Made by a program: the position numbers and the translations under genes. Below are positions 1 to 9,062 of a stretch of DNA of 14,036 bases, one piece after another. The notes under the pieces are model-generated. The model saw only the letters and a list, made by a program, of their open reading frames with translations. It was not told the origin of the DNA and did no database searches. The DNA comes from Octopus sinensis (Eukaryota), in NCBI RefSeq assembly GCF_006345805.1, contig NW_021825908.1, positions 1 to 14,036 of the forward strand, in the 5' to 3' direction. Numbering within the stretch: position 1 is the first letter of the stretch; each line of letters begins with the position of its first letter.

Positions 1-300
1 CTCCAACCTTATGATTTAAGGTCTAAGGGAAATAAATTTTTATATATATTTTTTATTTTTACTTTTTAAGTTAACTTTTTCGTTTTTCGGTTTTTTAACC
101 TTTCACGTTTTCTATAAGATCTCTTCACAACTTTTCGCGTTTTTCCTCTCATTCAATTTTTAGTTCGTTATGATACGTCGTTTGTGCCTGATGAATATGT
201 TTGAGGTATTTCTCGACATATGAAACTATAAGTAGCATATAAAAACATAAAACATGTATCGTGTCTATTAAATAATATATATACATACGCATATTATGTA
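1..300 (+). mobile_element. Probable 3' remnant (pseudo-LTR region) of a Penelope-like retroelement
   Basis: A T-rich tract leads into a minimal hammerhead fold at 183-239. Bases 1-21 read LQPYDLR, resembling the terminal L-x-P-x-G-L-N motif of Penelope GIY-YIG endonucleases; this is weak, only 7 codons at the window edge. Confidence 0.45.
183..239 (+). ncRNA. Minimal type I hammerhead ribozyme
   Basis: Core CUGAUGA 188-194. Stem II AUAUGU 195-200 / ACAUAU 216-221, plus GAG 203-205 / CUC 212-214. GAAA 222-225. Stem III ACU 225-227 / AGU 231-233. Cleavage triplet GUA 232-234. Stem I UGUGC 183-187 / GCAUA 235-239. Confidence 0.8.
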
Positions 301-304
301 TGTA

Positions 305-307
305 GTG

Positions 308-350
<43 letters not shown>

Positions 351-716
351 TGAAGTGAGACAGAGAGGGAGGGACAAAGAGATACATGCGTCGAACACGC
401 ATACAAGCGGCGGAATCTATGCTACAACCTCAAATGTCTTCAGAGGCGCGCGCACATGCGCATACATACACAAACACACACACACACACGCATACACACA
501 TTTAGATACGCTAAAAAAATCCACACTGGAAGAACGCAGAGGCGAACACACACAACCTCATACATGCGTACAGACACTCGCACACACACACACACGAGCA
601 CATATATTACATCATACATACACACATACGTACCACACACACACACACACACACCCACACACACACACACACACACAACCACATATATATATATATATAT
701 ATATCTATAATATATA

Positions 717-757
<41 letters not shown>

Positions 758-762
758 GAGAG

Positions 763-820
<58 letters not shown>

Positions 821-848
821 CATACATTCATACACACATACATATACA
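305..848. repeat. Compound microsatellite cluster (TA)n, (GA)n, (CA)n
   Basis: Directly visible dinucleotide runs separated by short unique spacers; these produce the RE/TH/YI/CV ORFs. Confidence 0.95.
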
Positions 849-1154
849 TACATTCATTTGTTTTGCAAGATTCTTGTTGTGAAATTGTGTGTTGAAACAG
901 ATATTGTTATATTTGTGAATGGTTATCTTTTGGCAATAAACACACGCACTATGAATTTAATGAACACTTTATTATTATTATCATTATTATTGTTGTTGTT
1001 GTTAATGAGTGAGAGAGCAGCGCATTCCACCAAAGTGACAGTAGAGTACAAATATACCCATTATAACTACCCGTCTGAACAGGGTACACCAGACACATGC
1101 ATCACAACTATATTATCGCGTCATGGTGATTTAATATCAAGGTAAACAGCGCGT

Positions 1155-1326
1155 TACCTTGCAGGTGGGGCCCAGTTAGAATTTTTTTCATGTCGAGTAA
1201 GTCCAACACGCTACTTTGCTTGAGAGTGTTGAATGGCACACCCATGTTTCCGGAGGTGAATTACTCAAACTCCAAAGAATTCCTCTCAACACATGGCTAT
1301 GATTCTCCCCGCTACTTCTGCTCGTT
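1155..1326. mobile_element. Fragment of an unclassified interspersed repeat
   Basis: The sequence (CCTTGCAGGTGGGGCCCAGTTAGAATTTT...CTCTCAACACATGGCTATGAT...CTACTTCTGCTCG) resembles a cephalopod repeat from memory only; there is no second copy in the window. Confidence 0.3.
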
Positions 1327-1327
1327 A

Positions 1328-1412
1328 TGAGCTCGAATTCCGCCGACTTTGCCTTTCATCCCCCGGGGGTCGATAAATTAAGTACCAATGAAACACTGGG
1401 GTCAATGTAGTC
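1328..1412 (+). mobile_element. Internal fragment of SINE family B (Meta/MESC-like domain)
   Basis: Aligns by eye to the copies at 10057-10871 (GAGCTCGAATTCCGCCGACTTTGCCTTTCATCC...GTCGATAAATTAAGTACCA...CACTGGGGTCAATGTA), with a 6-nt deletion between CGA repeats. Confidence 0.85.
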
Positions 1413-1438
1413 CTCTCTCTTGTGGCAAAAATTTGAAA

Positions 1439-1498
1439 TTATTATTATTATCATTATTGTTATTATTATTATATTATTATTATTATTATTATTATTAT

Positions 1499-1541
<43 letters not shown>
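1439..1541. repeat. (ATT)n followed by (AGT)n trinucleotide microsatellite
   Basis: Directly visible. Confidence 0.95.
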
Positions 1542-1736
1542 TCATTTGTCAGAATGCTTTCGTCATACATATTCTGCGACTTCTTCAATGAATTTCTGTC
1601 CCTCGTGAATCCTCGTCTTTCTGGTCTTGTCCTGTCTGTTCTATATTTTATTTTCCCATTTCTTTTTTCATTTTTGTTTTTCTGACAAATAAAACAACAG
1701 CAACAACGATAATAATGATAATAATAATAATAATAC

Positions 1737-2060
1737 CTAGAGCACTCGGAGAGCGCAACCCTCCGCAAAAAAGCAAAACCAACGTCATCTCAACGATTAG
1801 CCAGAGATGATTTTAAAATGAAAATATCTGAAATAAACTCTACTGCTTTCACAAACGAGAATACTAAAAATGAACCCGACCGCTATCAAAAATTAAGTAA
1901 ATAAACAGGGAAAATAATCCAGAATCCTTGTCCGTTACCGGATCGATCCCAAAAGCTAATCCGTTCGTGCCAGTCAGGAAGTCAAACATCCCTGAAAGTT
2001 TCAACCCAATCCATCCAGCGGTTCTTGAAGTATCTTGTACACGGACAAACACATCTGAAA
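1737..2060 (+). mobile_element. Non-autonomous Helentron/HINE (DINE-1/Lep1-like) element, degenerate
   Basis: The 5' end CTAGAGCACTCGGAGAGCGCAACCCTCCG contains a CGGAG/CTCCG hairpin. The 3' part CCTGAAAGTTTCAACCCAATCCATCCAGCGGTTCTTGAAGTATCTTGTACACGGACAAAC resembles the AAATTTCAT...AATCC...GAGTTATC...ACAGACAAAC block of this class. It sits between (AAT)n runs. Class assignment is from recalled motifs. Confidence 0.45.
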
Positions 2061-2064
2061 TCAT

Positions 2065-2065
2065 A

Positions 2066-2111
<46 letters not shown>

Positions 2112-2137
2112 TTTATTATTATTACTTTTATTATTAT
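2065..2137. repeat. (AAT)n abutting (TTA)n microsatellite
   Basis: Directly visible. Confidence 0.9.
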
Positions 2138-2468
2138 AGTCGTTTCTTTTTTGGCCACAAGGGCCGAACATAAAAACAAATAGTGACAATACAAGGGACA
2201 GGCGGGGTATAATAATAAAATGACAATTAACAAGAAAATTTTAGCAACTAAAATCCCCCATGGGAGGGATTTCCAGCCAGGGCCAACCAAGACACCTTAC
2301 ACATCATGGTCACCCCGACTACCAAGATCACCTCAGACAGGCACCCTTCTTGCTCTCAATCGTTCTGGCCTACAAGCGAATGTTTACGGGCCATTTTCGC
2401 CACAGTCACCCACCTTCCAACAAAATTATTGACCGGCAGCACTTACCTTTCCACCCTCACTCCTTTTT

Positions 2469-2780
2469 GAAGCATGCACAGAAAAACCTAAGCGTATAAA
2501 AACCCGTGCTAAAACTGCTGCCTTAGATATTCTAACTGATAAATGGCAAGAAAAACCTCTCAATGACAAATGCCTAAAGAGAGTTAATAGTTCTGATGTT
2601 GACAAAGCCATTACCCATCAATGGTTAGTGTCTTCTGGCTTAAAATCAGAAACAGAAGGGTTTATCATAGCAGCCGAAGATCAATGCCTACCTACAAGAA
2701 ACTACCAGGGCAACATATTAAAGAACGGCAGTAGCCCAACATGAAGTGTATGTCAACAACAAAATGAAACCATTGATCAT
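2469..2780 (+). pseudogene. Decayed fragment of an RLE-type non-LTR retrotransposon ORF (R4/Dong/NeSL-like), post-RT region and zinc knuckle
   Basis: The frame from 2469 reads EACTEKPKRIKTRAKTAALDILTDKWQEKPLNDKCLKRVNSSDVDKAITHQWLVSSGLKSETEGFIIAAEDQCLPTRNYQGNILKNGSSPT*SVCQQQNETIDH. It has the W..KPL, WL..GLK.ETEGFIIAA.DQ.L.TRNY and C..C....ETIDH motifs. The first knuckle Cys is replaced by TGA (2742-2744), and the fragment is truncated after the His. Confidence 0.85.
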
Positions 2781-2846
2781 AATAAAACTCAGAGTTTCGG
2801 ATACCGGAGCTGAAGTCTGCTCCGGCATCTCATCAGTTATTAAGAC
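2776..2846 (-). ncRNA. Minimal type I hammerhead ribozyme (minus strand)
   Basis: Minus strand reads GUCUUAAUAA-CUGAUGA-GAUGCCGGAGC-agacuuca-GCUCCGGUAUCC-GAAA-CUCUGAG-UU-UUAUUAUGAU. Core at 2836-2830; 11-bp stem II with one bulged C; palindromic stem III ACUC-U-GAGU; GUU triplet 2788-2786; stem I UAAUAA/UUAUUA. Confidence 0.8.
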
Positions 2847-3050
2847 AAAACGCTAAGAAATAAAACCGTTAAATAAGGGAAATTACTCTTATTTAGCAGT
2901 GAACGGGATTTGGAGTGAGTTGTCTCCCGTTCATTCCTCACTGGGAATTGGGTTGATTTGTCTCACCTGTTCACAACTTTCAGGTGGTTTAACACTCGGT
3001 GCTTTGAAAAGGTAATCTCCACCAAACCAAATCGCAGACTACTGGCATGT
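2847..3050 (-). mobile_element. Structured non-coding segment upstream of the hammerhead; candidate Penelope pseudo-LTR or retrozyme body
   Basis: Three serial hairpins (2870-2895, 2900-2933, 2964-2986), then a U-rich tract into the ribozyme on the minus strand. The upstream boundary is uncertain. Confidence 0.4.
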
Positions 3051-3087
3051 TCGCATGACTTGTATGTTAACTAACCGCTAAGTTATG

Positions 3088-3430
3088 AAAATGCTGGGGC
3101 TCCACCTTGAAGTGTTTTAATTGAACAAATCGATCTCAGGACTTATTAAGCCTGGTACTTATTCTATCGCTCCTCTTCTCCCGAACTGCTAAGTTACGGG
3201 ATCATAGAGACACCAACACCGGTTATTAAGCAGTGGCGGTGGTCAAATACACACATACACACACACAACGGGCTCCTTTCAGTTTTCGTCTGCCAAATCC
3301 ACTCACAGGGCTTTGGTCGGTTCGAGGCTATATTTGAAGACATTTGACCAAGGTGTCACGCAGTAGGACTGAACCCGTAATTATGTGGTTGGGAAGTAAG
3401 TTTCTTACCACGTAGACAGGCCTGTGCCTA
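3088..3430 (-). mobile_element. SINE family A (tRNA head + CORE-like domain + internal CA repeat), older copy
   Basis: Homologous along its length to 12412-12845. Minus strand has a box A-like GTGGTAAG, box B-like GGTTCAGTCC and CORE-like CACCTTGGTCAAATGTCTT. Confidence 0.85.
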
Positions 3431-3442
3431 CATATATGTATG

Positions 3443-3478
<36 letters not shown>

Positions 3479-3479
<1 letters not shown>

Positions 3480-3799
3480 AGACCTCTTTCGGTCATGAAT
3501 GACTATGGGATTGCATCCACAAAGTTACCCTCTGAGGCATAAGTCCGGGCAAGGTTGCTTATGGAAGACCAGCAGTCGCCCATACATACCAGTCTCTCAT
3601 TTCCATGCCACTGATGTTATCCAAGGGAAAGGCAACGGGGCCGATACAGCTTGGCACCAGCGACGTTGCAACTCATTTCTACAGCTGAGTGAACTGGAGC
3701 AACGTGAAATAAAGTGTCTTGCTCAAGAACACAATACGCAGCCCGGTCCGGGAATCGAACTCACAACCTCACGATTGTAAGCTCGACGCTCTAATCACT
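3479..3799 (-). mobile_element. SINE family C (tRNA head + CORE-like domain), 5'-clipped
   Basis: Minus strand reads AGTGATTAGAGCG...GAGTTCGATTCCC (box A end, box B), then TGTGTTCTTGAGCAAGACACTTTA (CORE-like) and a distinct 3' body. Confidence 0.75.
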
Positions 3800-3834
3800 C
3801 TTTCACTTTCTCTCTCTCCCTCTCCCTCCTCCAC

Positions 3835-3872
<38 letters not shown>

Positions 3873-4161
3873 TATACACATATATATTATATATATGTAT
3901 ATATGCTTGTGTGTGTGTGTGGTATATATAAATAATGAGAGGGGTGAGGGGGAGGGAGTGATAAATAGAGGGAGGTGTAGCTGGCGAGAGTCATGTGCTG
4001 AGAACCTCCGTGTAAAACTGAAACCCGTGATCACAGAAACATTATTTTCTTGGAACTTTTAATCAAAACACACACACACTCACACACACAAACACACACA
4101 CACAAACTGTCTCTCTGTCTCTGTCTCTCTCTCTCTTTCTCTCGTTCTGTCTGTCTGTTTG

Positions 4162-4198
<37 letters not shown>

Positions 4199-4207
4199 TC
4201 TCTCTCA
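3800..4207. repeat. (CT)n, (TA)n, (GT)n, (CA)n microsatellites with short unique spacers
   Basis: Directly visible. Confidence 0.9.
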
Positions 4208-4457
4208 ACTCCCTAGCCAGCATATCTACTAAGTATATTTCTTTGAAAAACAGAAACACGATTAAACGACCTTTGAGCAAAGTTTATCAAAGAGTTAATG
4301 GAAGAATATTGCCGAGTATTTTGACGAAATGGCAAGAGTGTAATCACGTATCGAAGTCGTGATGCCAATGTGGAGATAGAACAGAAATATTTGCAAGAGA
4401 TATTTACCAAATATTTGCGGAATTCTTTCTGCTTTGTTTTTGTTTGTCTCCCATTAG

Positions 4458-4519
4458 CAACAAGAAGCTTGATAGCCTAGCCTCACATAAATTACACCGC
4501 GATTCCTACGTGTTCACAC
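4458..4519 (+). CDS. Candidate 62-nt internal coding exon of an unidentified host gene (NKKLDSLASHKLHRDSYVFT)
   Basis: Long pyrimidine tract TTTCTGCTTTGTTTTTGTTTGTCTCCCATTAG (AG 4456-4457) and donor GTATGT at 4520. Only one of three frames is open, and the sequence is unique and non-repetitive. The protein is not recognised. Confidence 0.4.
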
Positions 4520-4534
4520 GTATGTGTCCCTGTA

Positions 4535-4547
4535 TAATATATTATAT

Positions 4548-4579
<32 letters not shown>

Positions 4580-4595
4580 ATACATACACATACAT

Positions 4596-4639
<44 letters not shown>

Positions 4640-5113
4640 CACATACATACTTGCATATTTATATATATATATATATATACATACATAACATACTTGCATA
4701 TTATATATATATATGTGTGTGTATGTATATATATACATTATATGCCTGAGTGTGTGCGTATGTATGTATATGTGTATGTATTAGTATGTATATATATATA
4801 TATATTTAAGTATATATACATAGTCATGCATCTATATATATATATGTATATAGGTACCTGTGTGTATATATTTAAGTATATATATATATATATATATACA
4901 TTTACATATATATCTACATATACATACACATATGTATATATGTGTATATATACATAGCCATGCATCTATATATATGTATATAGGTACCTGTGTGTATTTA
5001 CATATATATATATATATATATGTGTGTGTGTATATATATGTATATATATATACACACACACACATGTATTTGTGTATGTGTAGATGTATATACATACATA
5101 TGTGTGTGTGTGT
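4535..5113. repeat. Long compound (TA)/(CA)/(TG) microsatellite with higher-order duplication
   Basis: Directly visible; the unit TAGYCATGCATCTATA...TAGGTACCTGTGTGTAT occurs at 4821 and 4955. Confidence 0.95.
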
Positions 5114-5476
5114 GTTTCTCCTTCCTATTCCATATTTAGATAAGGTTAGTTCCTTCAGTTGGCACCGCTTCTACCTCAACTCTCGAATCCCTTCTTCTTC
5201 CGTCATTGTCCTCCAGCCAGTCACATCTCTAAATAATACCCCCCACACACACACACACACCGCTCCCCTCTAACAACCCGATCTCCTTTCTAACATTAAC
5301 TTACCCACCCCACCCATCACTTCCTACATTAAATGTCGAATGTTGTCAAAACTATCGTTATCACTATCTTCCATGATCCTAATCCACCCCCCCTCCTCAA
5401 TGCCGCCTACACCATTTTCTATTTTAACCAAACTTTTCTTCTCTTCAATAGGAAAAGATATTTATACAGTTAGAGG

Positions 5477-5538
5477 GATGGGTGTGTGGTAAGAAGTTTG
5501 CTTCCCAACCACTCGGTTCCGGGTTCAGGCCCGTTTCG
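5477..5538 (+). mobile_element. Isolated tRNA-like head of SINE family A
   Basis: GGTGTGTGGTAAGAAGTTTGCTTCCCAACCACTCGGTTCCGGGTTCAGGCCC matches the head of 12412-12845; the rest is absent. Confidence 0.75.
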
Positions 5539-5618
5539 CATTGAGTTCAACGTTTTTTTTTTTTTTTATGTCCTGTAACCATATATGCATGTATATATAC
5601 ATATATATGTAGGTATGT

Positions 5619-6004
5619 GGAGGCGCAATGGCCCAGTGGTTAGGGCAGCGGACTCGCGGCCATAGGATCGCGGTTTCGATTCCCAGACCGGGCGTTGTGA
5701 GTGTTTATTGAGCGAAAACACCTAAAGCTCCACGAGGCTCCGGCAGGGGGTGGTGGTGATCCCTGCTGTACTCTTTCACCACAACTTTCTCTCACTCTTA
5801 CTTCCTGTTTCTGTTGTACCTGTATTTCAAAGGGCCAGCCTTGTCACTCTCTGTGTCACGGTGAATATCCCCGAGAACTACGCTAAGGGTACACGTGTCT
5901 GTGGAGTGCTCAGCCACTTACACGTTAATTTCACGAGCAGGCTGTTCCGTTGATTCGGATCAACCGGAACCCTCGTCGTCGTAACCGACGGAGTGCTTCC
6001 ATCC
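5619..6004 (+). mobile_element. Full-length SINE family D (tRNA-derived) with perfect 14-bp target-site duplication
   Basis: Box A TGGCCCAGTGG and box B GTTTCGATTCCC. Flanked by ATATGTAGGTATGT at 5605-5618 and 6005-6018. A second copy lies at 13684-13965. Confidence 0.92.
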
Positions 6005-6118
6005 ATATGTAGGTATGTAGATATATGTATGTAAATATGCATATATTTATATATTATTTATATTATTATATGATCGAACGCTACGCATCCTTTTCCAAGT
6101 ACATATCTATCTATCTAG

Positions 6119-6156
<38 letters not shown>

Positions 6157-6317
6157 AGGCATTGTGATACTAATAAATTGGTGTAGAACTCAATATACGT
6201 ACCTTTCTGAACGAAGCGTTAGTCGAGTAGCGGTCTGGACTCACGTTTGAGGTTCTGATGAAACTGTAAGGTGTTACTCAGGCACTCAACTCTGAGTCTA
6301 CCGCATCTTATAGAGGA

Positions 6318-6912
6318 AACGTGTTTACGAGTGGTTTCCACGCTTTAGGAATGGCCACTTGTCGGTTGAAGACCAATCTCGTTCAGGACGACCGTCGACA
6401 TCCCGAACGAATGAAAACATCATGAAAATTCGTGAAGTGATCTTAGAGGAATCATCACCGAACAATCGACGAACTTGTTGATATGGCGGATGTGTCCTGG
6501 AGCTCCTGCCAACGAATTTTAAGCGAGGGATTGCGAATGAAAAGAGTTTCAGCAAAATTTGTGCCTTGCTTGCTCAAGAAAGATCAAAAGCAGTCACGAC
6601 TGAATGCATGTGGTGAACTGAAAGAACAGTTGGAAGTTGATCTGTACCTTATTTTCGAAAGTCGTCTTTGGTGATGAAAGCTGGTACTATGGAATTTGCA
6701 GATGTGGAAGAAGTGAAGGAAAAAACGATGAAGGCGTTAAAAGGCATCACTTCGCAAGAGTTCCAGCACTGCTTCGAATAGTGGAAAACGCACCTGGACC
6801 GATGCATTAATTCGAATGAAGAATAATTTGAAGGCGATAAAAGTGGAATCATGTAAAACTAAGCGAATAAAACAATTTTGCCAAATTCGGGTTTCTTTGG
6901 CTACCTCCTCGT
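6318..6912 (+). mobile_element. Internally deleted, decayed mariner (Tc1/mariner) transposon
   Basis: Reads RVYEWFPRFRNGHLSVEDQSRSGRPSTS (HTH region); frameshift; HHRTIDELVDMADVSWSSCQRILSEGLRMKRVSAKFVPCLL; frameshift; FSKVVFGDESWYYG (first catalytic D). This joins FADVEEVKEKTMKALKGITSQEFQHCFE*WKTHLDRCINSNEE*FEGD. A 3' TIR-like TTCGGGTTTCTTTGGCTACCTCCTCGT lies at about 6886-6912; no 5' TIR is seen. Confidence 0.92.
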
Positions 6913-7399
6913 TCAATATTTCTCCCCTTTCACTTTCCCAACCTCTCCTACTTACGGCATTGCACCGTTGTCTTTCTAACCTAGACCACTTATTGTACAT
7001 CCTTAAAATAGTCAAAGCTGTGAAATATTTGGGAAATAATGAATTTTCTGCTATTTTTGGCATTTCTACTTACATCCTCATTCTCTAAATAGCAACGTTC
7101 ATCGTGTACATTTTTCAACAGTAGTCCCTTCATTGTTGATGGTTTGGGAACTCTAGTAATATCCTGAGCATTAATTATCACTTTCTTTTTGCCTTCACTA
7201 AAATGCGTTCTTGTATTTTGTGTTGTAGTTTTGTGGGGTCACTTAGCTTACACGATAACAATGGTTTGTCTTTAAAGCTATTAAAATAGCTGCAGGATTT
7301 GGTTAAAATTCAACACGGATCTGGGAGTGTCATAAGTCCAGACGTAAACTGCTATTCAATTGTCAAGAGAGCGATACGTCTAAACACACAAACACGCAA

Positions 7400-7550
7400 A
7401 CATGCATGCACATACATATATATAGTCTATGCATATGCATATGTAGATGTGTATATTTATACACACCACGCGCACACACACACACACACACACACACTAT
7501 ATATAATATATATATAAATATATGACGACACACACACATTTATATGTATA

Positions 7551-7591
<41 letters not shown>

Positions 7592-7640
7592 TATATATAT
7601 AATATATATATAATATATATATTATATAGATAATAGATAG
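7400..7640. repeat. Compound (CA)/(TA)/(CT) microsatellite
   Basis: Directly visible. Confidence 0.9.
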
Positions 7641-7888
7641 ATAAAACTTCTTACTTGGAAAAGATCGTGCCGTTCGATCATATAATAATTAAATAATATA
7701 TAATAATGCTATATACATACATATATGACTTACCTACATCTATAGGTATATATACATGCAATATTGGGTACAGACATCAAAAAAACGTTGGAACACATGA
7801 GAAATATAAAACATAAAAACAAAAACATAGAAACGACTTTTCGAACACGAAAAGAAAAAACATTTATATGACAAAACAAATACACGCC

Positions 7889-8042
<154 letters not shown>

Positions 8043-8200
8043 GGCGGGCTGGCCCAATCGGAGCAATCAAAGAGAAAAAGTCAAGATTAATCAGCCGAAA
8101 TTGCTAAGATGAATCTGGTTCTTGACTGATGACTGAGGGCTTCGAATCCCTCCTGGGTTCTTCTGTCGTCTCTGTGGTGTTTCATGTTCTTGTCCATGTC
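8043..8200 (+). other. Unclassified structured repeat fragment carrying hammerhead-like motifs
   Basis: CGAAA 8096-8100, CUGAUGA 8126-8132 and several complementary blocks (see findings); no canonical hammerhead fold is obtained. Confidence 0.3.
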
Positions 8201-8569
8201 TATAATTATATTTTACTGTTTACCTATATATATATATATATATATACATACATACATACGCCGTACGGTCATGCGCTGGATGTCTATCGAATGTTGTTAC
8301 ACATCGCTGGTCACAATGCACTTTGTGTCGTTTTATATACGCACTCACTGACACACACACATACACTCACACTCACAGAGGGATAACAGTGTAATAACAT
8401 CCGTTATATGTGTGTATGTGTGTGTGTTTGAGCATATAAATACCGTTGCTTTTTTTAAACAACGAACAGAACTTGGATGTTAACGGATTTAATAACCTTC
8501 TCCATATCAGACACAAAATACGATACATTTTTCCTAAACAGGTAAAAACTATCTTTAACTTTTATCGTT

Positions 8570-8790
8570 TACATTTTGTTTCCAGTCATTAGACTACGGC
8601 AATGCTGGGGCACCACCTTGACGGCTTTTGTCGAAGAAATCGACCCCAGTACTTTTTATTTATTTTTTTTTTTAAGCCTGATATTTATTCTATCGGATGT
8701 CTTTTGCCGAACCGGTATTTTACGGGGACGTAAATAAACTAACACCAGTTGCCAAATAGTGGCGAGGGACACGTACAAACACAAATACGC
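8570..8790 (-). mobile_element. 3' half of SINE family A
   Basis: Matches 12450-12630 (TTTCCAGTCATTAGACTACGGCAATGCTGGGGCACC...ATCGACCCCAGTACTT...TTATTCTATCGG...TTTTGCCGAACCG). It stops at the expanded internal microsatellite; the head is absent. Confidence 0.85.
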
Positions 8791-8796
8791 TCATTC

Positions 8797-9062
8797 ATAC
8801 ATACATACATACATACATACACACATACATACACACACACATACATATACACATACATATACACATACATACATACACACACACACACACATACATACAT
8901 ACATACATACATACATACACACACATACATACATACATACATACATACATACATACATACTACGCTCTTTTGACTTTTGCTGTCTTTGTTTTTATTTTCG
9001 ATTAACACACACACACACACACATACATACATACATATACATACATATACATGTACATATAT
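8797..9062. repeat. (CATA)n/(CA)n microsatellite
   Basis: Directly visible. Confidence 0.95.

Noticed and set aside
331-849. ORFs of 80-145 aa rich in RE, TH, YI, CV
   Set aside because: Translations of dinucleotide microsatellites; no domain content.
2140-2205. Weak similarity to the reverse complement of the family B tail
   Set aside because: Too short and degenerate to call as a feature.
2252-2467. C-rich unique segment with all three plus frames open for about 170 nt
   Set aside because: No recognisable motif in any frame, and low T content explains the lack of stops. It may be an unclassified repeat; BLASTX would decide.
5619-5695. tRNA-like sequence
   Set aside because: Acceptor and anticodon stems do not close. 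It is the head of a TSD-flanked SINE, not a tRNA gene; the same applies to the other SINE heads.
6255-6300. CTGATGA followed by a short AAC/GTT stem
   Set aside because: No GAAA after the stem and no stem I/III; not a hammerhead.
7100-7270. Possible small exons after TTTTTCAACAG (about 7121) and TTGTGTTGTAG (about 7228)
   Set aside because: Donor sites are weak (GTAATA, GTTTGT) and the peptides are unrecognised.
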